Shown here piece after piece: positions 27,542 through 37,182 of a DNA stretch of 64,000 bases (positions are counted from its first letter, which is position 1; each line of letters begins with the position of its first letter). Under the pieces are notes generated by a model. The model was not told where the DNA came from. It ran no database searches and was given only the letters and a program-made list of their open reading frames with translations. The position numbers and the translations under genes are program-made. This DNA comes from Candidatus Kerfeldbacteria bacterium. Lineage in GTDB: Bacteria; Patescibacteriota; Patescibacteriia; UBA10025; JAHIVO01. The stretch is from assembly GCA_016214565.1 (NCBI GenBank), contig JACROE010000002.1, positions 984,007-1,048,006 on the forward strand, written 5' to 3'.

Positions 27542-27545
27542 TACG

Positions 27546-28079
27546 TTACACGCGAGGATTTAAACGAAAACGATGAACTACATGTCGGCCTACTAGAAGC
27601 GACAACGCGTGAATACAAACAATTAACGCTACATGCACGCTGAGCTGAACGCACAGAGAAATTATATAATCACTATTAATACTTGATCTGAACTCGCGCC
27701 AATTGACTAAATAAAAAAACTCGGTTAAACCCCAAATAAACAAATGGTACATAATGGTGCTGACAATCATCATTAAAATGATCGCGTACATTGATTTGCG
27801 AGCAAACAAACTTCGAAAAGCGTAAAACATTACCACAAGCGGCACCACCATAGCGAGCGTATACGTTCCAGCCGTTGAACTTGAATACATATCAAATATA
27901 AGCCCAGCACCAGCGGCAAAAATAAAGCCACGTTCGTAGTGGGATTGAATAATCAAGTATACTGAAATCAGCAATGGCAGATTGATATAGTTTCTACTAA
28001 AGTCAAAATTCCCGAAAAAGCTTATTGAAAAAACTGCGGTTAATATTATGGCTACCGCAAAGAAGCTATTCTTGAGCAT
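27546..28079 (-). CDS. mreD: Rod shape-determining protein MreD
   Basis: Small polytopic membrane protein overlapping the mreC stop, at the canonical operon position. Confidence 0.6.
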   Translation of the reverse strand: MLKNSFFAVAIILTAVFSISFFGNFDFSRNYINLPLLISVYLIIQSHYERGFIFAAGAGLIFDMYSSSTAGTYTLAMVVPLVVMFYAFRSLFARKSMYAIILMMIVSTIMYHLFIWGLTEFFYLVNWREFRSSINSDYIISLCVQLSVHVALIVCIHALSLLVGRHVVHRFRLNPRV

Positions 28080-28887
28080 AGGCTGGTGTGATGATACTTA
28101 CAACACGAACAGTCTGATAATCAATCAAGGGTTCAATGGTCGCCTCTTGAAATAATTGCCCGTCTTGCTTACGTACTTCGGAAATTTTACCAATAAGTAG
28201 ATCGGAAGGTATTGATTCTTCAAGACCGGAAGTAATGACTAAATCTCCAATCGAAATTGTGTCACTTTGGGGAATTAACTGCATAATTAACGAAAGGCCA
28301 AACTGTCCCTTCAAAATTCCCGGACTTCGTGCATCATTGCTAACAATAACGCTGAGTTCACTTTGATTATCATTGAGTAATAAAACTTTTGAAATAGATC
28401 GATTAGTGTCAATTACTCTACCATACAAAATCCCACTCCCGGTTATTACGGGGTTGCCAATTTTGATGCCATCAGCATCACCCTTATTTATAATAACAGT
28501 TCTGAGGTATTCATCCGATGCACGGCCGATAATCTTCCCGTTGACCGTTTGTATATCGTTCGAATTAATAAATTCTAGCTGTTCTCGTATATCATCGGCG
28601 TCATCAATTGTGTTCTGTAGCTTTAAATTCTTATTTGTAAGAGCCGCAATTTCTTCGCGTAGCTGTTCATTGTCCTTTTGTAGATTCTCTAAATTAGTAA
28701 AATACGTAGAAATATTTTGTATTTTTAAAGAAGAGGTAACTAAAAATTCTTGAATCGGTCTCAATGCGGTCGAAACAATATTTTCCACGGGACGCAGTAC
28801 TCCAAGCCGCTGCGTGGTAATTAGCAAGCCGATGCTGATAACCGCCACGGTAATGATACCGAGGCGTGATTTAAGTAAAAACTTCAT
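28066..28887 (-). CDS. mreC: Rod shape-determining protein MreC
   Basis: N-terminal TM, a coiled coil (LENLQKDNEQLREEIAALTNKNLKLQN), and a beta-rich C-terminal domain. Confidence 0.8.
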   Translation of the reverse strand: MKFLLKSRLGIITVAVISIGLLITTQRLGVLRPVENIVSTALRPIQEFLVTSSLKIQNISTYFTNLENLQKDNEQLREEIAALTNKNLKLQNTIDDADDIREQLEFINSNDIQTVNGKIIGRASDEYLRTVIINKGDADGIKIGNPVITGSGILYGRVIDTNRSISKVLLLNDNQSELSVIVSNDARSPGILKGQFGLSLIMQLIPQSDTISIGDLVITSGLEESIPSDLLIGKISEVRKQDGQLFQEATIEPLIDYQTVRVVSIITPAYAQE

Positions 28888-28889
28888 AT

Positions 28890-29951
28890 TTAGCTGGTCA
28901 AAACGCTATTTGAACTGTCGTTCGACAGGACGTCTTTCAAATTTTCCAAATCATCTAGTACAATGCCAGCGCCACGCGCAACAGCAGTTAATGGATCATC
29001 GGTAATGTGAACGGGAATCTTCGTTTCTTGATGAATCAGCGCATCTAGACCACGCAATAAAGCGCCACCGCCAGATAGAACTATCCCCCGTTCAAAAATA
29101 TCAGCCACCAGCTCTGGAGGGGTAATTTCAATCGTTGTTTTAATTCCTTCGAGAATCTGGCGCAAGGATCTATTTATTGCCTCACGGACATGATTGCTAT
29201 TGATAACAACCTCTTTTGGTAAGCCAGTGATTAGATCACGTCCGCGCATGGTGGTTTCTTGTGGCTCATCTGAGGGAAGCGCTGATCCAATCAAAATTTT
29301 GATACTTTCGGCAGTACGTTCGCCAAGCAATAAATTAAAATGATCTCTCGCATATTGAATTATATTTTGATCAAGCTCGTCTCCTGCGGTACGTAAGGAT
29401 TTCCAAGTAACTACGCCACCCAACGAAATCACGGCTATTTCAGTCGTTCCGCCGCCAATATCGACAACCATGTTCCCCGATGCGTCCTGTATGGGAAGGC
29501 GTGATCCGATTGCGGCAGCCATGGGTTCCTCGATTAAGAATGCTTCACGGGCGCCTGCATTGAGACAAGCGTCCTCTACAGCTTTTCGCTCAACTTCAGT
29601 CACACCAAGCGGAATGCCAATTACAATGCGCGGTCGCGGCAATACTGAGAAACTTTCACGATGCACCTTGTCAATAAAGTACTTAAGCATTTTTTCCGTT
29701 ACTTCAAAATCAGATATGACGCCATCGACAAGCGGTCGTGACGCAACAATGTGTGCCGGAGTTTTTCCGATCATTTTTTGCGCCTCAATTCCAACGGCTA
29801 AAATCTGATCGTTGCGTGTATTAATTGCAACAACCGAGGGCTCATTGATAACGATCCCGCGGTCTCGTACATAGACCAGGGTATTTGCCGTACCCAGGTC
29901 AATGCCCATATCCTTTGAAAAGCGTCCTAAAAAGCCATCTATAATACTCAT
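28890..29951 (-). CDS. mreB: Rod shape-determining actin homolog MreB
   Basis: IDLGTANTLVYV phosphate-1 motif, VDIGGGTTEIAV, and VLSGGGALL motifs. Confidence 0.9.
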   Translation of the reverse strand: MSIIDGFLGRFSKDMGIDLGTANTLVYVRDRGIVINEPSVVAINTRNDQILAVGIEAQKMIGKTPAHIVASRPLVDGVISDFEVTEKMLKYFIDKVHRESFSVLPRPRIVIGIPLGVTEVERKAVEDACLNAGAREAFLIEEPMAAAIGSRLPIQDASGNMVVDIGGGTTEIAVISLGGVVTWKSLRTAGDELDQNIIQYARDHFNLLLGERTAESIKILIGSALPSDEPQETTMRGRDLITGLPKEVVINSNHVREAINRSLRQILEGIKTTIEITPPELVADIFERGIVLSGGGALLRGLDALIHQETKIPVHITDDPLTAVARGAGIVLDDLENLKDVLSNDSSNSVLTS

Positions 29952-31183
29952 ACGTAATGTCGTTCAATCTCTTTAATTGCTGATGATACACTCATTAAAC
30001 TTCCCTGGCGAGTTCCGCGGTGACTTAATTCGACCTGTTGAGCGGTCTTTTTTGAAATGACTAATCGAATAGGGATGCCTATTAAATCAGCATCGCCAAA
30101 TTTAACACCAGCACTTTCATCGCGGTCATCATAAAGTACCTCGATATGTTGATCGAGTAGTTGGTTGTATACCGTGTCAGCCGTGGCTCCCGATTCCTGA
30201 TTTAAATTAACTAAATGTACTTGAAATGGTGCCAGCTGTCGTGGCCAATAAATTCCCTTATCATCATGTCTCACTTCCACCACAGCGCCCATCAGTCGCC
30301 CCAAGCCAATTCCATAACATCCCATAACGACCAATTGCTTTGTACCACTTTCCGATGTGTATGATAAATCAAATTTTTCTGAAAATTTTGTCTTTAGTGG
30401 AAAAATATTACCCACTTCAATCGCAGTGTGTTTTGCAAACGTACGACCGTTACACTCCGGACAGGCCTGATATTTTGTTATTAGTTCATCGTTAATTGCC
30501 ACACCGCATTTTTCACATACATGAATGGTATCTTCTCCGGCTGATGTTATCGTTTGAAATTCATGAGAAAATTCTGAAAAAGTCCCGCCTGATGCAAACG
30601 TATAATGAGTTAAATGACCGATTCCGGCTCGCATAAATATACGTTCATACGCTTGACGCATTCGATCATAGTACTTCAATAAATCCTCCTCGGTTGTATG
30701 AAATGAGTATAAATCTTTCATCATAAATTCTCGTCCACGTAAAATGCCAGATTTCGCGCGCAGTTCATTTCGAAACTTTGTTTGAATCTGGTATAAATGT
30801 CGGGGTAAGTCTTTATATGATTGAATATACTTTTTAAACAAAGGGACTATAACTTCCTCATGGCTTTGTCCTAAAACTAATTTCTTGCCATTGGCCATTT
30901 CGAGATGAAAGAGAACGTCAATGTCTGCGCGGCCAGTTTGCTGATAGTTTTCCAAAGGATGCAGGGCTGGCATAAATAGTTCTTGCCCACCAGCCAAATC
31001 CATTTCTTCCCGAATTATCTTTTCAATTTTTCTTAAAACCCTAAAACCAAGCGGTAAGTACGAATAAACACCGGCAAATAACTTAGAAATATAGCCGGCT
31101 TGTTCTAGGAGTTGGGCATTACGCGAAACTTCGTCTTTAGGCGCCGTTCGCGCTGTTTTTGGAAATAAAATAGATTGACGCAT
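29948..31183 (-). CDS. proS: Prolyl-tRNA synthetase, minimal form without editing/INS domain
   Basis: The N-terminus aligns closely with bacterial ProS (MRQSILFPKTARTAPKDEV...LLEQAGYI...YSYLPLGFRVLRKIEKIIREEM). Class II motif 2 FRNELRAKSGILRGREFMMKDLYSF. A Cys4 ribbon (CEKCG...CPECNG) sits where the INS domain would be. Only 411 aa. Confidence 0.75.
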   Translation of the reverse strand: MRQSILFPKTARTAPKDEVSRNAQLLEQAGYISKLFAGVYSYLPLGFRVLRKIEKIIREEMDLAGGQELFMPALHPLENYQQTGRADIDVLFHLEMANGKKLVLGQSHEEVIVPLFKKYIQSYKDLPRHLYQIQTKFRNELRAKSGILRGREFMMKDLYSFHTTEEDLLKYYDRMRQAYERIFMRAGIGHLTHYTFASGGTFSEFSHEFQTITSAGEDTIHVCEKCGVAINDELITKYQACPECNGRTFAKHTAIEVGNIFPLKTKFSEKFDLSYTSESGTKQLVVMGCYGIGLGRLMGAVVEVRHDDKGIYWPRQLAPFQVHLVNLNQESGATADTVYNQLLDQHIEVLYDDRDESAGVKFGDADLIGIPIRLVISKKTAQQVELSHRGTRQGSLMSVSSAIKEIERHYV

Positions 31184-31187
31184 AGAA

Positions 31188-32351
31188 CTAAAAAATATTT
31201 CCGATTTTTTCGAAAATTGAAGTAAATCGATTTAAGTCTTTAAACGTAACAAAAACAACCAAAAGCATCAAAAGCATAAAACCAAGATTGTGAATTAGGG
31301 TTTCAGTTCGATGTTGAATTACTTTTCCACGAATTTTTTCAATAATGACAAAAAGGAGTCGACCACCATCCAGCGCGGGAAATGGAATCGCGTTTATGAT
31401 TGCCAAGTTTATAGATAATATAGCGGCAAACTGGAGTACGTAAATAAATCCAAGCTGTGCTACCTGTCCGGTCAGTGCCGCAACTCCAATTGGCCCAGCC
31501 ACATCAACCCCGGCGCTTTGACCAGTAAACAAACCAGCAATAATTATCCCAAAGGTGGCTATAATTTGCCAGAGCAGAGAAATAGTTGTTTGCAGGCCAA
31601 TCCAGGGTGCTATATACCAGGGATATGTGATAAAAGCGGTCTCGGCAAGTGCCGTTCCAATTGCGCCTTTTCCCTCTTCGTAGAGCGCTTCTGGCGTGAC
31701 TGGGTGAGTGGTAACTTCATCGCCGCGCCTCACGGTGATAGTCATCTCTTTCCCAAGCCGGGGCTGCGTGTATTCCTGAAATGCGCTGACCGATGCAACT
31801 TCTTGGTCATCAATCGAAAGCACAGTATCCCCTGCTTGTAATCCTGCCTGGGCCGCAGGCGTGTCATCATTTACTTGCACGATCTGTAACTGATCATTAC
31901 TGACACGAGCATATGATGGAAGCGACTCGTCAACAACACCCGGCAAGCCGATGCCTGCACCAATGCTTATTAAAACAAATGCAAATATTACGTTCATACT
32001 TACGCCAGCCATCAAAACAACTGCGCGTCGCCATGGTTTGTGAAACGAAAAGCTGTCAGCTTCATTTTTTTTATCCCCTTGCTCACCTTTAATACGGACA
32101 AATCCGCCAAGCGGAAACCAGTTTATCGAATATATTGTTGATCTTGGTTGATCGGATTCGGGAGTTTTTCGAAAAACTATTTTCCATGTTCCTACAGCGT
32201 TTTTATACAAACCAAAGGCTCGGGGTGGAAATCCAAAACCAAATTCATCTACAGCCATACCCATGCGACGAGCGGCCATAAAATGCCCCAATTCGTGCAC
32301 AAATACAAGTAGCCCTAAAATGACAACGAAAAGTATGATCGTCAGCAGCAT
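31188..32351 (-). CDS. rseP: Site-2 protease (RIP zinc metalloprotease RseP family) with PDZ domain
   Basis: HELGHFMAARR HExxH in TM1, a central PDZ domain, and a C-terminal LDGG motif. Confidence 0.8.
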   Translation of the reverse strand: MLLTIILFVVILGLLVFVHELGHFMAARRMGMAVDEFGFGFPPRAFGLYKNAVGTWKIVFRKTPESDQPRSTIYSINWFPLGGFVRIKGEQGDKKNEADSFSFHKPWRRAVVLMAGVSMNVIFAFVLISIGAGIGLPGVVDESLPSYARVSNDQLQIVQVNDDTPAAQAGLQAGDTVLSIDDQEVASVSAFQEYTQPRLGKEMTITVRRGDEVTTHPVTPEALYEEGKGAIGTALAETAFITYPWYIAPWIGLQTTISLLWQIIATFGIIIAGLFTGQSAGVDVAGPIGVAALTGQVAQLGFIYVLQFAAILSINLAIINAIPFPALDGGRLLFVIIEKIRGKVIQHRTETLIHNLGFMLLMLLVVFVTFKDLNRFTSIFEKIGNIF

Positions 32352-32352
32352 A

Positions 32353-32910
32353 TTAAAGTGTCATGATTTCACGCTCTTTTTCTTCGCTCATCGATTTTAT
32401 CTCTGCATTATGCTCATCGATGACTTTCTGGAGCTCTTTTTGCTGCTTAAATAAGTCGTCTTCCGTTATAGAACCGTTCGCTTTTGCATCCTTTAATTCT
32501 TTCCAAATTGCTTCTCGTACAGTTCGGACAGAAATGTGGGCCATTTCAGCTTTCTCATGCACAATCTTCGCCAGCTCTTTTCGCCGGTCTTCAGTCAGCG
32601 GTGGAATCGGGATGCGAATTTGATGACCTTCGTTTACCGGATTAAAACCTAAATCAGAAGCGCGCAAAGTTTTTTCTATATCTTTGAGAGCGTTTTGATC
32701 CCACGGCTGCACAACAAGTGAGTGTGAGTCAGGAACGGTAATTGAGGCTATCTGGATAAGGGGGGTTTTCGTACCGTAATAATCGACAAGAAGTTGCTCA
32801 ATAACCGCTGGGTTGGCTCGACCAGTACGAATATTGCTCAACTCGTGCTTAAAGTGAGCCACCGCTTCGTCAAACTGATAATGTTGCTTTTCAATTATTG
32901 GAGATGTCAT
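32353..32910 (-). CDS. frr: Ribosome recycling factor
   Basis: Full-length similarity to RRF (NIRTGRANPAVIEQLLVDYYGTKTPL...). Confidence 0.9.
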   Translation of the reverse strand: MTSPIIEKQHYQFDEAVAHFKHELSNIRTGRANPAVIEQLLVDYYGTKTPLIQIASITVPDSHSLVVQPWDQNALKDIEKTLRASDLGFNPVNEGHQIRIPIPPLTEDRRKELAKIVHEKAEMAHISVRTVREAIWKELKDAKANGSITEDDLFKQQKELQKVIDEHNAEIKSMSEEKEREIMTL

Positions 32911-32919
32911 ACATATTTG

Positions 32920-33999
32920 TTATTTTTTAGGGGGTTCTTGGGTACCAACGTAAATTGAATCGACAATTTCTGGATCATTAATCAAATAGTTTATTGAGCG
33001 GCTTGTGCCAACTGTTTTAATCGTTTTCCATGTTAGTCCGCCATCGTCAGTTTTGTGCAAAACGTTTTTAACGGCAAACACAATTCTATTTAGGTCATTG
33101 GGATGGTCAATGACAGCGACAATCGGCACTTTCTTAAAATCAAATAGAGTGGGTATTTCATTCCAAGTCGACCCGCCATCAGTAGAACGTAAAACACCAT
33201 ATGCCGTACCTAAAATAATATGTTCATTGCGTTGGTCAAAATTGAACCACAGTATCTTAAGTGCACCGGGAAAATTTTTCAAAGGATCAGTAATGATGTT
33301 CCATGTTTGCGCACCGTCAGTAGATTTGTAAATTCCTGACGAAGTTAAAGCGTATAATGTGTTTCCGCTTCGTTCACTGACGCGTAATTGAGTAATAGCT
33401 GGCATTGTCCAATCAAGCAATTTCCAGGTATTTCCGTAGTCAGTGCTTTTTAATATTCCACCATTGCTTGCAGCATACACTATCGGCGAATTAGTAGGAC
33501 TAACCTGAACTGAAACTAATTTTTGATCTGGTCGAGTTTCGGTATATATTTCACTCCAACGCACTCCTTCATCAACACTTTTCAAAATCTTCGTGCCTTG
33601 TGTCGCGTATAATACCGCGTTATTCCGATAATCTATTGATAAATCGACATAGCTACCTGTACTCAGACCGGTCGGCGTCCACTGTTCACCACGATTACTA
33701 CTAACATATATGCCGTTAGCTGACGATAGCAAATAGACCCGACTACGAGTTAACGGATCAAAAATCATTTTTTTTGTTCCGACTGAGGCAATTGTACGTA
33801 TGCCATTTTTCTCTTTATTTACAAATACCTTTTGCTTCCAATTCTCACCAAAATCGGTAGAAGCATAAAATCCGCCATCAGTTTGTGAAGTTTGTTTTTT
33901 GGTAATTGAACAGCCGGTTGCACCGATTGTTAATGCAGCAAGCAAAAGAAGAAGTATTGATCGGTAAATAAATCGCATAGCTATATGCTTAATACGCAA
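32920..33999 (-). CDS. BNR/Asp-box repeat beta-propeller lipoprotein (Ycf48-like / sialidase-like fold)
   Basis: Lipobox LTIGATGCS. At least 7 Asp-box motifs S-x-D-x-G-x-T/W-W (STDFGENW, SSNRGEQW, SVDEGVRW, STDYGNTW, STDGAQTW, STDGGSTW, TDDGGLTW). Confidence 0.7.
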   Translation of the reverse strand: MRIKHIAMRFIYRSILLLLLAALTIGATGCSITKKQTSQTDGGFYASTDFGENWKQKVFVNKEKNGIRTIASVGTKKMIFDPLTRSRVYLLSSANGIYVSSNRGEQWTPTGLSTGSYVDLSIDYRNNAVLYATQGTKILKSVDEGVRWSEIYTETRPDQKLVSVQVSPTNSPIVYAASNGGILKSTDYGNTWKLLDWTMPAITQLRVSERSGNTLYALTSSGIYKSTDGAQTWNIITDPLKNFPGALKILWFNFDQRNEHIILGTAYGVLRSTDGGSTWNEIPTLFDFKKVPIVAVIDHPNDLNRIVFAVKNVLHKTDDGGLTWKTIKTVGTSRSINYLINDPEIVDSIYVGTQEPPKK

Positions 34000-34916
34000 T
34001 TTTCTAAAAGGACTTTACTTTGAAGTGGCATGTCGGACATATCAAATGCACGTGTCAGCGTTCGAGCTAGGTTGAGTATTCGTCCTCGTGAAATACGCGC
34101 GGATAACGATTCGAGTGTGGCTTCGGCATATATATTAATACGAGCGCGCTGATGATGTTGTATAAGCAAAATATCGCGTATAATGCCGAGCCATTGCTCA
34201 ATAATCAAGCGAGTCACTGCAGTACTGCTCTTGGCTGGTAACAAAGTCTGGACAGTCTGTAATCGCGCGTGTATTGGTTCCCCCATCAATGCGCACAATG
34301 CTCTTCCTCGTTCTTCCCATTCAGATAGACTAGACGGTTCGCTACTGTACTGAAAAGCAATGCCTGGCCGCCCTTGTGCCGCAGCTGCAATAATTCGTGC
34401 GGTTCCGGCTGATACGTTGATCGTGCGAAGCCAGTGCGCTATTTCGTCAGTCGCTACAGGAAGAAATTGAATCGCCAAACACCGTGAGCGAATAGTTTGG
34501 GGAATTCGTTCGGTTGAGTTGGTAATAAGAAAAAAACTGCAATTCGTGCGAGGTTCTTCTAGAACTTTCAATAATGCATTAGCAGACTCTTCTGTAAGTA
34601 AAGCTGCATCATCAATCAGTACCCAATATTTTCCGGAAAGGGGCCGTCGTGAAATGTCGGCTTGCAGCTCACGAATTTGATCTACACCAATTGTGGATTT
34701 TTCTTCGGCTGGGGTCAAGCTAAGAAAATCAAGTGACGATTGCTTCGGTATAGAATGCAAAATTTGATATAAACCAAATCGTTTTCCTACGTGCTCGGGG
34801 CCAGTCAATAAAATAGCATGTGGCTGGTCATGCGGTTGCGCAATGATTCTTGATACGTACAAAAACTGACTTTGGTTACCACAAATCCCACTCAATTCAA
34901 CGGGTGATTTTATCAT
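33981..34916 (-). CDS. holB: DNA polymerase III delta-prime subunit-like AAA+ clamp-loader protein
   Basis: Degenerate P-loop LTGPEHVGK, LKVLEEP, and the sensor SRC motif TIRSRC, typical of delta-prime. Start taken at the internal ATG (MIKSPVEL). Confidence 0.7.
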   Translation of the reverse strand: MIKSPVELSGICGNQSQFLYVSRIIAQPHDQPHAILLTGPEHVGKRFGLYQILHSIPKQSSLDFLSLTPAEEKSTIGVDQIRELQADISRRPLSGKYWVLIDDAALLTEESANALLKVLEEPRTNCSFFLITNSTERIPQTIRSRCLAIQFLPVATDEIAHWLRTINVSAGTARIIAAAAQGRPGIAFQYSSEPSSLSEWEERGRALCALMGEPIHARLQTVQTLLPAKSSTAVTRLIIEQWLGIIRDILLIQHHQRARINIYAEATLESLSARISRGRILNLARTLTRAFDMSDMPLQSKVLLENCVLSI

Positions 34917-34989
34917 AACATTTTCTATATAGGTGTATAAAAAAGTAACATAAAACAACCATTTTGGCAAGTCGAGAATGATGCCAATG

Positions 34990-36165
34990 TTATACCAATT
35001 CTTTAATGACTTTTAGGACTCCTGTGCCAGCGGTCCCCCAGCTAAATCGCTCGATTCGACGCGTTGCTTTCTTGGTAAGCTCGCTACGCAATGATTCATC
35101 AAAAGCGATTCGTTCCATTGCTTGTGCAATTAATTCAGCGTTTTGGGGGTCAACCGTAAGGGCGGCATCACCTACCACCTCAGCTGTAGCTCCGTGGCTC
35201 GAGGTCAGCACCGGCACTCCAGATGCCATAGCTTCCAGATTAGGAATTCCAAAACCTTCATACGCAGTCACAAAAATAAAAGCGTGTGCACTATTCATCA
35301 GTGTGGGCATTTCCTCGGTTGGCAACCACCCCAGTTGACGTATGTTACTTTTTACTGCGCTCTTCTGTATAACCTGATCTATTGATTCAAACCCATATCC
35401 GGGAGTTCCCGCTAAAACGAAGTCGAAATCACGGTGCTTCTTAGAAAATATTTCAAATCCTTTTACCATGTTGATAATATTTTTTTTCATTTCTATTCTG
35501 CCAATAAAAAGAAAAAACTTTCTATTCAGCTTATATTTGTCACAAAAAAACTTGCGGTTCTCTTCTGGTATCGGCGCATATTCTCGATTAAATCCGCAGG
35601 GTATAACCAAAATGCGAGTGGGGTCAACCGAATAATGGTGCGCAATTTCCATTTTTGAAAATTCGGAAACAGTAATAATTCGAGCTGCTTTGCGCAGAGC
35701 CACACGAGCAGACCACCGATGATACGATAATTCGTCCGATCGTATGGTATTAAAAGAAACTAGGCGCAGTGCATGATCGAGCCAGCGAGGACCAATCGTA
35801 TGCTGTGAGTATAATTCAGGAAAGAATTCAAATCCAATGTCATGCAATGTGGTGATTGTTTTACGGGGGCAAATTATAGGTATCGTGTGAGCGGGAACGA
35901 ACAAAACGTCCGGTGCATGCCAAAGCATTTCCCAGGCAAGCCGAAATTGCGTCCACATAAATTGCGGTGGCCAGCGAAGTATCCGAACTGAAACTTGCGA
36001 CGTGAAGGCAGGCCAGTCTGATACTAGTTTATCTTTTACGTACAAAATGACGCGATCCGTCGGTTCTAGTCGTCGTATTATTTCATTGATCACATGAAAC
36101 GCGTACCATTCAGTGCCCGTACGGCGCACCTGATTTGCACGCGATGCGTCAATCCCAATTACCAT
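34990..36165 (-). CDS. Glycosyltransferase family 4 (GT-B, group 1)
   Basis: EGFGIPNLEAMASGVPVLTS is the EX7E/GT4 C-terminal motif. Confidence 0.8.
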   Translation of the reverse strand: MVIGIDASRANQVRRTGTEWYAFHVINEIIRRLEPTDRVILYVKDKLVSDWPAFTSQVSVRILRWPPQFMWTQFRLAWEMLWHAPDVLFVPAHTIPIICPRKTITTLHDIGFEFFPELYSQHTIGPRWLDHALRLVSFNTIRSDELSYHRWSARVALRKAARIITVSEFSKMEIAHHYSVDPTRILVIPCGFNREYAPIPEENRKFFCDKYKLNRKFFLFIGRIEMKKNIINMVKGFEIFSKKHRDFDFVLAGTPGYGFESIDQVIQKSAVKSNIRQLGWLPTEEMPTLMNSAHAFIFVTAYEGFGIPNLEAMASGVPVLTSSHGATAEVVGDAALTVDPQNAELIAQAMERIAFDESLRSELTKKATRRIERFSWGTAGTGVLKVIKELV

Positions 36166-37172
36166 TATTTTGTTGCGAGAATGCTCTTCTTATACGACTC
36201 AAGATTCTCTAGAGCAACGCCAGTTCCTTTAGCAACACATAACTGCGGTTCATCAGCCACAAATGCAGGGATGCCAATAGCCTGCGCAAAAAGCTTATCT
36301 AGATTACGCAGCTGCGCAGTTCCCCCGGAAAGAACCATCCCCTTATCCATAATGTCGGCTGAAAGTTCGGGCGGGGTGTTTTGTAAAACTGACTTGATGG
36401 CTTGAATCATTCCATTTAGCTCATCTTGAATTGCCTCAGTGACATCATTGCTTTCTACGGTTACCGTCTTTGGTAATCCTTGTATTGAATCTCGACCACG
36501 TATTTCCATATACATACTTTCAGCTAACGGTAGTGCCGAACCAATGGTTATCTTAAGATCTTCTGCCGTGCGCTCGCCAATTGCCAAATTGTATTTTCGA
36601 CGAATAAATTCTTGAATAGCTGCATCAAGCTTGGTCCCACCAATACGAACAGAGGAATTTGCAACAATGCCACCAAGTGAAATAACGGCTACTTCAGATG
36701 TTCCGCCGCCCATATCGACTATCATGTGGCCTGAAGCTGATCCAATAGGTATATTAGCGCCAATCGCTGCAGCAACTGGTTCTTTAATAATGTAGGCGGC
36801 TTTTGCCCCGGCTTGAAGAGTAGCTTCGATGACCGCTCGACGTTCAGTAGAAGTGATGCCGGCCGGTACCGCAATCATTATTTCTGGACGAAAAAAACGA
36901 ACGCCGCCGAGCGCTTTATTAATAAAGTATTTAATCATAGCCTCAGTCGTACGGTAGTCAGCAATAACTCCATCCTTAAGAGGCCGCGAAGCAACAATGG
37001 TATCGGGCGTTCTTCCGATCATTTCTTTAGCTTCAAGCCCGACAGCCATGACTTTTTTGTCAGTTAGCGAAATGGCAACCACGGAAGGCTCATTGATAAC
37101 AATACCTCGTCCTGGAATATGAACCAACGAACTGGTTGTGCCGAGGTCAATCGCTAATTTACGTGCAAACAT
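36165..37172 (-). CDS. Second MreB-like actin homolog (Mbl/MreBH-type paralog)
   Basis: IDLGTTSSLVHI, VDMGGGTSEVAV and VLSGGTAQL. Clearly MreB family, yet distinct from the mreBCD copy. Confidence 0.8.
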   Translation of the reverse strand: MFARKLAIDLGTTSSLVHIPGRGIVINEPSVVAISLTDKKVMAVGLEAKEMIGRTPDTIVASRPLKDGVIADYRTTEAMIKYFINKALGGVRFFRPEIMIAVPAGITSTERRAVIEATLQAGAKAAYIIKEPVAAAIGANIPIGSASGHMIVDMGGGTSEVAVISLGGIVANSSVRIGGTKLDAAIQEFIRRKYNLAIGERTAEDLKITIGSALPLAESMYMEIRGRDSIQGLPKTVTVESNDVTEAIQDELNGMIQAIKSVLQNTPPELSADIMDKGMVLSGGTAQLRNLDKLFAQAIGIPAFVADEPQLCVAKGTGVALENLESYKKSILATK

Positions 37173-37182
37173 TGAAATTTGG

